Source of the DNA: Chrysomallon squamiferum
Lineage: Eukaryota > Animalia > Mollusca
Direction: 5' to 3'
NCBI GenBank assembly: GCA_012295275.1
Contig: CM022665.1
Location: forward strand, 558,001 to 622,000
DNA length: 64,000 nucleotides
The notes beneath the pieces are model-generated. The model saw nothing but the letters and a program-made list of their open reading frames with translations. It was not told the DNA's origin and made no database searches. Shown here one piece after another: positions 42,414 to 55,593 of the stretch (the stretch's first letter is position 1; every line of letters starts with the position of its first letter). A program made the translations under genes and the position numbers.

Positions 42414-42476
42414 GACATATATAATTAAGTTATTACATAAAAAATTAAAATAAAAAATAATAAATAATAAAAAATA
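41810..42476. repeat. Mirror-ordered complementary microsatellite blocks (TTTTA/TTTTTA)(TTTA)(TTA) ... (AAT)(AAAT)
   Basis: T-rich block 41810-42006 and A-rich block 42241-42476, with unit types in reverse order. Confidence 0.85.
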
Positions 42477-42554
42477 TGTCTACTGCATTTATAGACAATA
42501 GTTGAAATATTTCAAATATCAGGTAAATAAAACTAAATTCTTAATAACAATAAT

Positions 42555-42587
<33 letters not shown>

Positions 42588-43505
42588 AATAATAATAATA
42601 ATATTAATATTAATAATAATGATAATGATAATGATAATGAACTATGTGTTTTTGACAAGCATTAAAAGCTTTCGAGTCACAAACAGACAAGAATGGTTTT
42701 ATCGACGCAAACGTGGTCAAGTTGCCAGCACATCTCTGGAGAGTTTGGCCTGAAGATGGTGGAAAGTTATAATCTTTACTAAAACCCCATTACGACATAC
42801 CAGTACTGACAAACCAGAGGTCCTCTTTAGGTTGGAAAGTTTTCTCAAACTGATGCACGGAACAACTGGGATAGGAAATTAACCAACACGTTAAGGATGC
42901 CTTACTCAGTTATATACAAATGTATTTAGAGATATTTCGCGAATTAATATTTATTTCTTTTATTTCCTGTTTTGAAACAATTTATTGCAGTCACAGTTAC
43001 ATTTCGTTTTATTTTATTGTATTTCTTCTTCTTCTTTTTATTTAATTTTTGCTTTTGCTCTGTCTTTTCATTGTACACGTATTACGATAATTTGAACATA
43101 ATTACAATTAGCAGCTGAATAAACATATCTGTATCTTATTCCTTTTATTCTCCTACTTATTAGCGTTCCAGTTGCTTGCTAGCTTTTGACATCTGTTTAA
43201 AATATGTTTTACAAAACATCAGTGTGTCGACCTGAACATCTGTTGAATTATTTACATAATAATGAAATAATATTTCTTTTTGTGCAGACATATATAATAT
43301 GTCTGCACGTAATAAAAACTGAAATCATCCGGTCAACATGATTTCAACAAAGTATATCGCTGATTAAAAACTTGTAATGCAAAATCAAACATATCGTAAA
43401 TAAAAAGAACATGATGATACATTTTGTGAATATATAGTGTATACTAAAATATGTAGCAAATGAAATGCAGTTAATATAAACATTTTACTATGAGTGTGTC
43501 GACTT

Positions 43506-43527
43506 AATAATAATAATAATGATGCTG

Positions 43528-43567
<40 letters not shown>

Positions 43568-43581
43568 AACTAATGATGATG

Positions 43582-43615
<34 letters not shown>

Positions 43616-43650
43616 TGATGATGATGATGAAAATAATGATAGTAGTAATA
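43506..43650. repeat. (AAT)n/(GAT)n microsatellite
   Basis: Direct reading. Confidence 0.92.
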
Positions 43651-44864
43651 GTGAGTGGAGTCTGGTGCGCTGTAAGTAAATAGTGACTGTTTCACTGGGT
43701 GATCCTCTGTGAGGCCCTGTGCCTGAGACGTGTACGTCCCAGTGTTCGAGTTCTGAGCGAGATAATTGCATCGTCCATGTTAGCTCTTTCCCGATTGCGT
43801 GAACGGAATACGTCGGAATCCCCAGTGATAGACTGGGCTCAAATTGTATGTTTCCGCCAATGTAAAGCAATTAGACATCCCTCCAAGGATTCCAATAAGG
43901 TCATGTTCAAGTCTTTGTCATTACCGAATCCATGATACGGGATTCGCAAAATGGTTGCCCATTTCTCCCAAGTCGAACATCGATTTTGGATACTGAATAT
44001 AAAAACAAATTTAATTTTCTTTTTCTTTTTCTTTTTTTTTTTTTTTTTTTTCTCTATATTTTGGCTTTTGCCTTTAGAGAAAAAAAAAATGGCTATACAA
44101 AATTATCTGTTAAAAAATATTTATACATCTGTCATCATTTCTGTAATAGTTTCCATCATCAACATTGTTGTGTTTTACTTTTTCCTATGTAAAAACACTA
44201 ATTTATCAGTAATAACACTGCTCATTTCTTTTGAGTAAAGTTATTAATAAGATCACGTTGCTTATTTTCACAAACGCTTCTTCAATTCTGTTACAGATCT
44301 TAATATTAATAACTGCAGAGATTTATTTTAACGAAACATTAAAAGACATGTGACCAGTTCACTCTCTTTAAGTAAAATTAATTCAGTTTTGAAATCGTTT
44401 ATTGTTCGTTATTCTGCAAACATTCAGATATATTAATTTGTAATAGCTACCTCTGGGTGTGTGACTGCCTTTCTCAACCTCTGTCACGATATGAAAAATA
44501 ATCTTCAGTCACAATTAAAGAAAGAAAGGAAATGTCTTTTTCTGAAGTTAAGCTTTAAAAAAAGGAAAAAAAATATAAAGTTAATTACCTTGGACTGGTA
44601 ATGAACACACATGAAGACGATCTTGCATTTATTGCTTGACTTGTCTTCTCACAGCACTCGCCACACTGTTAGGTTCGTGAATTAGGTTCGTTTTGCTTGG
44701 TTAATATCTCCGGAAAAATAAATACTTTCGCTAAAAAGCAGGCGCTGTCATTTCAGTATCACAAAACTGAATTCACGATGTAGTCTGTCAGAGAAAAAGA
44801 GTAGGAGTCGCTTTGAAACTCACTCTACAGTTCCTAGTTTCTAAACAGACTTTTCTATTTTATG

Positions 44865-44893
44865 TAATAGTAATAATAATAATAATAATAACA

Positions 44894-44940
<47 letters not shown>

Positions 44941-45065
44941 CATAATAGTAATAGTAGTAGCAGTAGTAATAGTAATAGTACTAGTAGTAGTAGTAGTAGT
45001 AGTAGTAGAGGTAGTAGTAGAGGTAGTAGTAGTAGTAGTAGTAATAATAATAACAATAAAAATAA
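44865..45065. repeat. (AAT)n/(TAG)n compound microsatellite
   Basis: Direct reading. Confidence 0.92.
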
Positions 45066-45236
45066 TCCGCTTTTAAAATAAGAAAACATCTGAAAAGTAT
45101 TTAAATTAACAGTTTTTATTAAAACAGCCCCATTTACTAAATAACACATTGATATGTTTATAAGCATTTTATTTTACTAGCTGATTTGGTCACTTAGTAA
45201 AATGTATCTTTTTAATTTTTTACCTATTATTATTTT

Positions 45237-45344
<108 letters not shown>

Positions 45345-47403
45345 AAGTAAAATAAAATAGTATAAAATAGATAAAATTTAAAAAATATAGATAATTATAA
45401 AAAATATATATTTTAAAAATGTTATTTTAAAACTTGAATATTTATGTGGGTTTATTTTTAAAAATTAATAATAATAATAATAATCAACAGCAAATGATAG
45501 ATACGAAATTTTATGACTGCCTATTTATTTGTTTTAGTAAATGTGGCATCATTTTTAATGATCTATCAAAGTTAATCCACATTTTGGAAGCTTTCGGCTA
45601 AAGGATTAGTATATTTGTCACGTATTTTGACCGCTCTGCGTTACCGAAATTCTCGTTTAAAGACAGACTATAAAAACAAAAGGTTCCTAACACTAACTGC
45701 CTTCTTAGTTTCTGTGTGCCTTTTGAAAGCAGCCGTTTGCCATAAAATCGAAATAGAGTTAATATGGCTTAAGTCATATTGCTGCGAGTTAGTCGAGTAG
45801 AAATATCGCCAACAAGAATGGTAATAAATTAGCGTAAGAAATCACTGGGATCAGAGTTCCACTGAAAGCTCGTAGTACCGGGGTACAGAGGTGCGGCAAG
45901 TAGTTTGATGAGAATCATAACTTTAAATCTTCATTCTCATTTTACGGTGAATCAGTGAAATTTTATTGTGTAATTTGTATCTGGAATAACTAGAATGACC
46001 GTCTGCTAGCATAAACAAGCTCAAATGAACAATTCTCCGCGTTATTTGTTAAATGATCTGAAGCCGCACTTATTTATACAATTCGAATTCTTTATGAAAT
46101 TATCATTTGGGTTGTATGAAATTAATGAAACGACACATTAACGTTTTATTTATATATTGTAAGCAATGATTTTTAATTTAACATATGTAAATTATGTTAA
46201 CATGTTTCTACCGGTAACACTGCGTACTCTTTGAAAATAGTAAGATTCTGTTGTTGTCTCTTCACTTTTATTAATATGTTTATTAATGCGTGTGATTTGT
46301 TTTCACTGAACAATAGAAAAGTAAAGGTTAGCAAAAACGGAAATGTTTAAAGTGAAGTGAATAGGAAAAGTATTTTTTTCTCTTGCATATAGCTATTTAT
46401 TTTAAAATGCAATACTATACCACTGATTTTTTTTTATTAATTTTTTATTTATTTATTTATTTTTATTTTTTTTTTAATTTTTTTAAACTGCGTGAAAAAT
46501 CTGTTTAGAAACTGTATCAGAAAAAAAAGAAGGAAAAAGAAAAACATAATAAAAAATGTATTTTAGTTTTTATAACTGCATAGGGAATAAAGCTTTAAAT
46601 AAGGTATTTTTTCTGTAACAAAGTACAAAGGTGCATCAAAAACTTGTGGTTTACGATTCCATCTTAAGATGGAACTGAGAGTGGTAAAGAAGAAAATGTT
46701 ATTACAAAGGAAATCCCACACTATTGTTAAACACGGCTATAAAATGGAAAAAGCACGAAAAACTAAACTATCGATGCTCAGTTTGCACTTTTTGATTAAA
46801 ACGGCACCAGTGGGTTTTCGCAAGCTGTCTGCCGTGAAGGGTATACCCTTGTGCACATTTACTGAATAACCTGTGGACCTGTCGAGGTAATTTTAAAAAA
46901 CTAACCTCAGTAATTGATTTAACTCCGTGACCGCATGCTCACCCCGGACAGTATCTTTTAAAGTTGCATTTCACTAATAACTGAAACATGATTTTTAAAA
47001 TATTGTTCAATTCATCAACACTTTAATAACAGGCGAAACTATTAAGTGTTTTGGTGACACAAGGAGAAAGAAACTTTGCTTAAACATTTATCGATAGTAA
47101 TCAATATATATATGTTAATAGTAATGTGTTTGTCTGTTTGTATGTGTATCTAAATGTGTCCCCTGTTTTTACATTTATTCTAACACAATCCATCACGTAC
47201 TGATTCAGGAATTTTAGATTATACAAAACCAGAATGATATTTATTAATCTCCTGACTATGTTTTTGATGTTATTGTTTTTATTATTATTGTTGTTGTTGT
47301 TATTTTTGTTGTTAATATTAGCATTATTATTACTTTTTTTTAGGGGGGATGTATTATTATTCTTTAAGTTTTTGGTTTTTCTTATTTATTTATTTCATAT
47401 AAT

Positions 47404-47406
<3 letters not shown>

Positions 47407-47455
<49 letters not shown>
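47407..47455. repeat. (AC)n microsatellite
   Basis: Direct reading. Confidence 0.95.
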
Positions 47456-47461
<6 letters not shown>

Positions 47462-47729
47462 TGTTTGTATATATGTTATTGTTGAACAGAGATACACTGA
47501 TGTTGTTTTTGACGTTTAGCTATTGTCATGTCAGTGTACTTTGAAATATCCTGCCAGTGTATTTGTTTTTTAAGATAATATCTTGTAAACACACGTTGCC
47601 TATCACTGTCATATCATCGTGTATAATACCCTGTCACTTTATTAGGGCGGGTGTATCTGGCTGATTTTGACATGTCCTGTGTTTATTTAATCTTAAATAA
47701 TCATATTTCATTCTCTGCAAAAATTACAT

Positions 47730-47768
<39 letters not shown>

Positions 47769-48216
47769 TTCACTTGTTTGTTTCTTTGTTCGTTTATAAA
47801 GAATATTTTTCTTACGTACAAACAATTTTAAAATAAACTAGTAATAAATTATATCTGTGTAAAATATTTGTTTTTCTAGCTACAAATATAAAATATAGCT
47901 TATTACAAGTTTGTATGTAATAATGTTTTAATAATATTATATCATTATCTTGACCTGCGCAATATCTGAACATACTGTAACAACTAAATTGTTATTAAAA
48001 ATAAGTTCTTTCAGTCCAGGAAGACACAGATTTACACATTCCACAAAAAACAACAACACAACAACATACAAACACACAGACAAATGCACACAGAACCGCT
48101 CATAATTATACAAGCACACTGCACACAAATATACTGACATACATGCACTATACTGACTTAAACAAACAGGGTTATTTATTTTAATTATTATTCATTACCA
48201 TAATTGATTTTATTTT

Positions 48217-48345
48217 ATACACATACTTACATACATACAAACATACATACATACATATATACATACATACATACATATATACATATCCATATATATATAT
48301 ACATACATATACATACATATATAAATATATATACAGACACATATA
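48217..48345. repeat. Degenerate (TACA)n/(TA)n microsatellite
   Basis: Direct reading. Confidence 0.88.
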
Positions 48346-48856
48346 TAATTAAACGTAATACGTTTCTGAAATCTCACAGTCAATGTTATGAACGGCTTTG
48401 TCATCTAGTGACAAAATGGTTCGGAAGTAACATATTTTCGTGTCCATCCCCCCCAAAAAAAATATATAAATAAATAAATAAATAATTAAAATTATAAATA
48501 AATACTACAAAAATTAAAATAAATTTATAAAATGTTTATTTAAAAATTCGCTATAGTGGATGAAATATTGGTTTTAAATGTTTTTCTGACAATGTTATGT
48601 TTGTGTTAAAATTGATCTTATTGCAGATTAACACAGATGTCATTGTAATGATTCACAATCATCACTGCTTTGTCTGGCGTTTTTCTTGTCTTGCTTGTCT
48701 GCAGAGAAATTTATAAATAATTTAATAATCAAAATTAATATATTTTTGGACGCATGCACACACACACACATAATAAAAATACCATAGTGTATTTATGTTC
48801 TGGAAGTGTTGTCCTAATACTAACACTGAAGCAAATAAACAAATACATATTTTAAA

Positions 48857-48897
<41 letters not shown>

Positions 48898-50412
48898 TAT
48901 TTATTTATAGAATGGAAAGTTAATTTCATTTACTGGTTTCTCCACATTTATTTATTCGTTAAGATTTAGACAAATACCACACTATTACAACATGTTATAC
49001 CATACTTTCACTGGAAACAATCAATTAACAGAGAAGTTACAAATTAAACCAATATGAAACAGTTATTAGAGAAAATATGAAAAATGTGAATTTCTTACGA
49101 GTTAGCGCTGGGTTAAAAAACAGTGTTTTTCATGTAAACAGAGCAGGACACGAAGAGCAGCTAACTCGATGTCTGATCAATACATTAATAAACAGTTCTA
49201 ATTTCATAAACACACATCTGATTCACATTCTATGAAAACTGTATCATAATCTTATATTCTTAAGTTTTAGACAGTGGAAATAAGCATTTTGTATTTATTA
49301 GGGATTAAGTTAGTGAAATAAAATTTACTTCGTACGTCATTAAACTTCGTAACCAACATTCAAGTTACGCCGGGGACTTAATCTCCATAAAAATTATTTA
49401 ATTTTCATACTTCAAAAATTTGATAGTAGTTGATCAAACAGAAAGAACTCGTGTACAGAATGCAGAGAAACAAATGCGATTTTACTAATAAATCCGTGTG
49501 TTGATTTTTTTCACAAAACAGCGACTTATATCCGTCTTTATCAATCGCGACACATTTTACAATCCGAATAGTTTACCATTTTGATAAAACAATATTTACT
49601 CAACACACTTAAATAACAACAACATCGAAACAGAAGTACAAAAAAAAAAAAAAAAAAAATATATGTTTACATATTTACAGATTATAAAATAAGTAAAATT
49701 TTTATTGAGAATGACTTTTTATCGTTTTTATTACTCAAAAAAAATGTTTAAATTTGTTAAAAGGTATTTTGGTGCAGTATTTATTTTAAAAGTATCCCCG
49801 TTGTAACTGGCTGGAATGTCACTAAGACTTAAAACAATTAGAGAATGTATGTCTCCATTTTTCATACTTCATAAATTTCTGTGGATTCACTGCCTGTCAA
49901 ATAACCTCCCTTACTGTCTACCAAAAGACATTGTTTACGATTACACAGAGCCTCGCAGGTTTTTTTCAGTACACCTGAGCGCAAAAACATCAAAGACGGA
50001 GTCAGGTATATGACTTACAATGACAACGCCAAAGTTTTTCTCATGATTTGTTGAAGCTGCTAGGATTAATTGTGGAGACAGAAAAGTAGGTACGAATGTC
50101 ACATGAAGCCGAAAGCTACGAATGTAAAACACTGTGATGTATATAAATATATATGGAGTCATCTTGCAGATTATCTAGTGCTATTAATTTTATATTAATA
50201 GTAACGACGTAATTTTGAAAATTAATATAATCAGGCTGTTTGTTAAAAGGAAATTTTTATAATTATTAAAGCGCAAATACTTTTAAAAAAGTATTTAATT
50301 AATAAATTATGTGTAAAATATTTTCACTGTTTTAAATAATTTAACAGGATATCGATAGTGTCGTTCTGTTTTGGGGATTATATTCAGTATTATATATTTG
50401 ACGACACGGATA

Positions 50413-50456
<44 letters not shown>

Positions 50457-50785
50457 CGCACATACGCAAAAACATATATTTCCACATACATACACCCACA
50501 TATATATATTACATTTAATTACCTAACCTGTATTGACAGCGAAGAATTGAATAAAGATTAATATTAACCTGATATGTAATACTTTGATACAAAAACAACA
50601 TACAACAAATATAAACGAGGACTTTTTTCATTGAACAATAGAAAAGCAAAGGTGTTCCCTGGGGTTATATACGTGCATCTTAAAAGACATGAGCGCATGT
50701 TTATCCATGATGATTTCAGCTAGCACTTATGTTGTCGTGTCTGCATTAAATGCAAGGTCATTTCAGTTGACCTCTGTTACAAAGT

Positions 50786-50836
50786 GGGCGTGGCTGTACG
50801 CAGACACTGACATATCAGTTACTGTGGGAGGTAAGA
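50786..50836 (+). promoter_or_regulatory. Candidate core promoter plus short first exon: GC box, Inr-like TCAGTT, strong donor
   Basis: GGGCGTGGC (Sp/KLF-type) at 50786-50794, TCAGTT at 50815-50820, donor GAG|GTAAGA at 50830/50831. Confidence 0.35.
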
Positions 50837-52035
50837 CTATTAAGGAAGAACCACTTCTTCTTGGTTTAGTCCTTATTTCTAACCCAAACAGTAATTAAGT
50901 TCGCAGCGTTGCCTGCAAGAGTAATTATATATGAAAACACTAGTGTTTAACACAGAGTGCGGTTGTCATACTTATATACTCATTATTGTTCTGTCGCAAG
51001 CAAGTTAACTTCAGTTTGCTGTTGTGTTTAGTATCGACTGTTCCCTTTGTTAAGGAGTTTCCTCGCTATTCTCTCAGTGTCTGGATAATTATACGTTTCC
51101 ATATTTTTTTTTTCTCTTTCCTTTTACTTTGTTCTTTTAAGAAATTTACTTCGTCTACTTTTCGCGATTATCTGTCTCGTTCAGTCTCTACGGTCCACTG
51201 TCTCTGACGCTTTTTATCGTGTAAATTATTTTACTTTGCTTTTCTCTCTACCCAAAAAAACTTTACTTTACATAACATCCGGCTGGCTTGCTTATGAGGT
51301 ACACGTTACATTCATTTAAAAATGAGTAGCCATTGGGTATTTTAACGAGTTAAGATGGCGACAGATAACAGATAGGTACAGGATCAGCGGAACAATATAT
51401 TGTTTACAACAGTTTTCAAACCTGCAGGCGATACTTGTTGTTTTCTATCCTTGATGTATTACATCTGTCACATTAACGAAAATAAACTTCTCAGGAACAC
51501 AGATATTGTTTTATGACTGAAACATTAGAAGACAGTAGATCATTTTCCGTCCTCCGCCCCTCATCTTTAGTAGGTTTTTTTACATCATCATTTCAGAATA
51601 TCAACATTGTAACAGCATTGTCTCTGAGCTAGCTTTGCCCCTGATTAAAAACTAATAATTCTCAAAACTAACTGTTATTCATTTTTAACTGTGTTGTTAA
51701 TGTTTAGTTTTTTTTTGTGTGAAAAGAAAATTTGAGCTGTAATAGTACAGTTAAGCAGAAAAATGAAGAAAAGGAAAGAAAGAGTATTAAAAAAATAAAA
51801 AATATATTCAGTGACCCTATCCCACTGGTATCATATAAAGCAATTCAGGTCAGTCCTTCGTGTTTCTACATTCGTGTTCCAGTACATTTGGAGCACTCTA
51901 CAAACAAGTAATGGTTTCTGGTCCTGACAGATGAAGTTGTGGAAGTCTAGTTATGGACACATTAATGCCCAAGCCTTACATCTCCATCAAAGTTCCAGTA
52001 CGTTTTGTCTGTAGGTGAATAATTAAATTCTGCAA

Positions 52036-52242
52036 ATGGCAGGTGCAACAATTCATCCAGGCGAATCATTGTGCAAAACCAGAACGAGAAACACAAAAGA
52101 TTTAACGCTCTGGTGGTTGTTCGCAGTACTGCTAATACCCGCCAGCATCCCAGCGTTAACGTTACACTCGGCTGAAGCTGCAACAGAACGCGCACCGTTC
52201 CTGAAATTCGTGAATAAAAACAACGTTCTGCGGTATTATTAA
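52036..52242 (+). CDS. Hypothetical small protein or first coding exon with a signal-peptide/signal-anchor-like segment
   Basis: Acceptor ttttgtctgTAG at 52014, in-frame upstream TAA, then gcaaATGG (A at -3, G at +4). The translation has a basic patch followed by the hydrophobic stretch LTLWWLFAVLLIPASIPAL. Only a weak donor (GCG|GTATTA, 52232) precedes the stop. Confidence 0.3.
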   Translation: MAGATIHPGESLCKTRTRNTKDLTLWWLFAVLLIPASIPALTLHSAEAATERAPFLKFVNKNNVLRYY

Positions 52243-53967
52243 AACAAAGTAACAGCCGTTCAATTCGTTTCGTAGGGATTGTTGGGAATGTGAGGGCCAC
52301 GTGTCACACGTCGTATCCAACATCGGCAAATGTGTAACGAGTTTCACACTGATAATCATTAGTTCATTAATCGTTTAGCTCCGAACAGAATTCAAATAAT
52401 TTACAGCTAACTCGCCTTATTTCGAAGTAATGTTTGTTCATTCCAAAAGTAAAAAACTAAAAAAAAAATACAGATAATTTCATAGCGAACCAAATTATTT
52501 TCAGTAGTTCAAAGTTAACTACTGCTTTAGACGAAACCTAATTTTTTTATTTATAATAATATGACATGAAATGAAAATCAGTTATCTGATTTAATGTAAT
52601 CAACAATCACGTTTATACTGTAACTTTGCACAGACATCTAGAGCAGCAATAAAAAAAAATAACAACAACAACAACAACAACAATCTCGAATATTATCAAC
52701 CTAATGAAACAGAAAGAATATCTATCCCAAAATGTCACGAGAAACATTTTCATGAAAATCCATATTGAAATAAACAAACAAAAATCGTGAAAACAAATAA
52801 ACACATCAATAACATGAGCTGAGAGAAGATATATAAAGAAAAGCATTGAGTACAATACGCCACACTGATTGTTAATCTTCCACACATAAGCAGTATCAGT
52901 GAGGAAGTTTACTGTCCTTCTCCCCGCTGATTCTCCTTTTTGTTTTCATTGCCATTTTGGTGAGGAACCTGCTGGGTCATCACTTTAACATTGGACATCA
53001 TGAGACGGTCGCCTGGACGGAATCCGCGGGGACTTGGGACGTACCATTGAAAAGAGAACTCTATAAAGATTTCTTAGCCTTTTATTGACTAATAAAATTC
53101 TTTTCTTACAGAATAAAACACTACTTATACGCGACAGATATTTTCGTCTATGAAGCAGTGTCTACTCGACAGCCATTTTTCACTGCAGTTTTGTCGCCTC
53201 ACAAAACAGAACGTACGGAGTTTCACCTGGTTATATCGTCAAGGAAAGCTTTTAATTTCGTATTAATATTTATTTTATTGGATCCGATAAAAAAAATGGC
53301 ACTTCTTCTTCTACTTTTTCTACTGTAAGATGTAGCATTATGGCTGAAAGTAAAACTTTGATGGGACGTATTTAGATTCAAAATTGTACACCCAAAACAT
53401 TGGGGTTATTTCTACTTCTCTTTATGAAAAATTGGCTTGATAATCGTGTTTAAAAAAAAACAACAATTCTGGCTGCTTTTTGTTATGCCAAAATGTATTG
53501 TCGTTACTATCATAATAATAATAAATAAAAAAGGATCGAATCATATAGAAAGATATATCTATCAAATATGTAGGCTTATTTTTATATATTCGATATACTG
53601 TTAAATTAATTAATTTGGGAATAAATAAAATTAGTCGATTAATTTGTCGAAACTCTCTCCTTAGCGGAAGGAGCCTGTTCGACAGATCAGCTTCACTTCT
53701 CAAGCAGTAAAATAAAATAATAATTTTCCATCTATTATAAAGTTTTTAGCTTACAGACTATTGCCAAAGTAAAATATGTATAATTGTTTGTTCCCTAAAT
53801 ATCTAGCATTTTTACCCAAAGGTTTATATCGTAACTAGAAGACATATTTGTATTTTACATTTCCATTTTGTACTTCTTTTCTTTTTTTTCAGACTTTTAA
53901 ACTATAGTGATATATGACTCTATAACCATTGTTTGATACCCTGTCAGAGTATTTCACAATGTCTGGC

Positions 53968-54280
53968 GAATGTTTGTAACTCAGTCTTAGGACTGGAAAG
54001 TAAATATTTGATATCTATGTCAAGGGACTTGACAGTACCTGAACAATGTTTTATATCACTAACAGATGACTTGTTGTTAGTAGCAGAATGTTTGTTGTCA
54101 CTGATAGGACTAGATAACCACAGAATGTTTGTTATCACTGATAGGACTAGATAACCACAGAATGCTTGATATCTCTGACAGAGAAGTTGTAGAATATTAT
54201 AAATCTCTGAGAGAGGACTAGGGAGCGGACTGTTTGATATTACAGACAGGGAATTTGACAACAGCTGTGAAATGTTTGAC
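53968..54280. repeat. Degenerate ~37-bp minisatellite, ~9 units
   Basis: CAGAATG starts at 54084, 54121 and 54158 (37-bp period; the first two units differ by one base). Diverged units begin near 53968, 54003, 54044, 54192, 54228 and 54270. Confidence 0.85.
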
Positions 54281-55585
54281 GCTGGTGGCAGAGTCACAAA
54301 TGATAAAGTTATAGAATATCCACAAAACAGTTTAGTTGTTAAAAGGGAAAAAAAAGCAAGAAAAAAAAGAGCATGGAATGGTTCAATATCGTTAATCTAG
54401 CAACTTCAGCTTTTATCCTAATGAACTAACGGCGGATCAAAGGGAAGAATCGAAGATTTGCGAGCAGTTATCATCTACAGAAAAATTGGGAGTCTAGTGC
54501 TATTGAATGAAAATTCAAAACTGAATTACTGTGAAGTTACCGATAAAAAAAAATAGCCCCACATTTTTATTCTTTTTTTTTTATTTATTTATTTATTTTG
54601 TGTTTTTTTTTTTTTTTTTCAAAGCAACCGTCGAATAACGAAACGTGGTTTTTGTCACACATTCACGGACACGTAACATCTGTCGATGAGCTTAATCTGA
54701 AATATTTGCATCAGCTAACTCCATTTCATTGGCCATAATTTGACAGAAAACGAGCCAACAGAGAAACGGCAGCCTCGTGCCGTCAGCTACGCATTTTAGC
54801 AGCAGAGGGCTCCAGATATTGCCAGGATAAATTGCTCTCTATTTGAAGATAAGAGACTAAATTGCCTTGCACATTGGGGGTTTCCTAATGCTTGTGGCAC
54901 TAAACAGAATTTTTTTCTTTCTAGTTCATAGCAGGAGGTTATCCAGGCTTTCACACTTAGTACAACATTTGCACTTGCATGCGTAATAATCTTCCATTTT
55001 GAGTTTCATTCATCTATATTTCTGACCCGAATTTAATTTTCGTTATCTTAAAGTGACACGGTTTTTGAATAATTATTTTAAAACCTTTTTTGGAGAGATA
55101 AAAGGTATTTAAGTACTACTACTACTACTAATAGTAGTAGTAATAGTAGTAGTTGTAATTTTATACTCTAGGACACAAGTTTTCAAACTTCTTTCTAACT
55201 GCACCCCTCTCCAAATATTACGGCACAGCAGTTTCATCATGGTTAGTTAATACGTAAGCAAAATGTGCCCAATGCTTTAACAGGATGAAATATAATGCAA
55301 AATTATAATTTCTGAAAGAAAAAAGATGAAAAAAAAAATGTTCGGTAACTTTTTTAGGGTCAAGCGAGTATGATTATTATTCTGATGATGTTTTTATCTT
55401 TTGATTCCGCCATTACTGAATTAACACAGGGGTACGCACCCTGCTATTTGATACACTCGGTTCCAGGGTTTAACTACTCGTGACTAATTACAGAGGTGAT
55501 ACTTAAAAATACTGCAATTAAATAATGTAACTTTTTAACGTTTAAAAATGTATCTGCTAACAAATCGATTATGATATATATTTAC

Positions 55586-55593
55586 TGACGTCA
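55586..55593. promoter_or_regulatory. Perfect CRE palindrome TGACGTCA
   Basis: Exact match to the CREB/ATF consensus; function unproven. Confidence 0.25.

Noticed and set aside
43660-43992. tRNA/SINE-like B-box (GTTCGAGTTC at ~43744) and a protein-like minus-strand ORF; possible 68-nt minus exon 43925-43992
   Set aside because: No cloverleaf or properly spaced A box and no second copy in the window. The ORF starts at TTG and runs into a microsatellite. The exon donor is mediocre and no translation is recognisable.
46934-46954. RE1/REST-like CACCCCGGACAG
   Set aside because: The left half-site does not match, and canonical REST/RE1 regulation is not established for the likely taxon.
51962-52300. 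112-aa minus-strand ORF
   Set aside because: GTG start, no splice or Kozak support, no recognisable domain; it overlaps the better-supported + strand ORF.
53968-54280. CRISPR-like repeat/spacer appearance
   Set aside because: Repeats are degenerate, the linkers are only ~6-15 nt and two are identical, there are no cas genes, and the context is eukaryotic.
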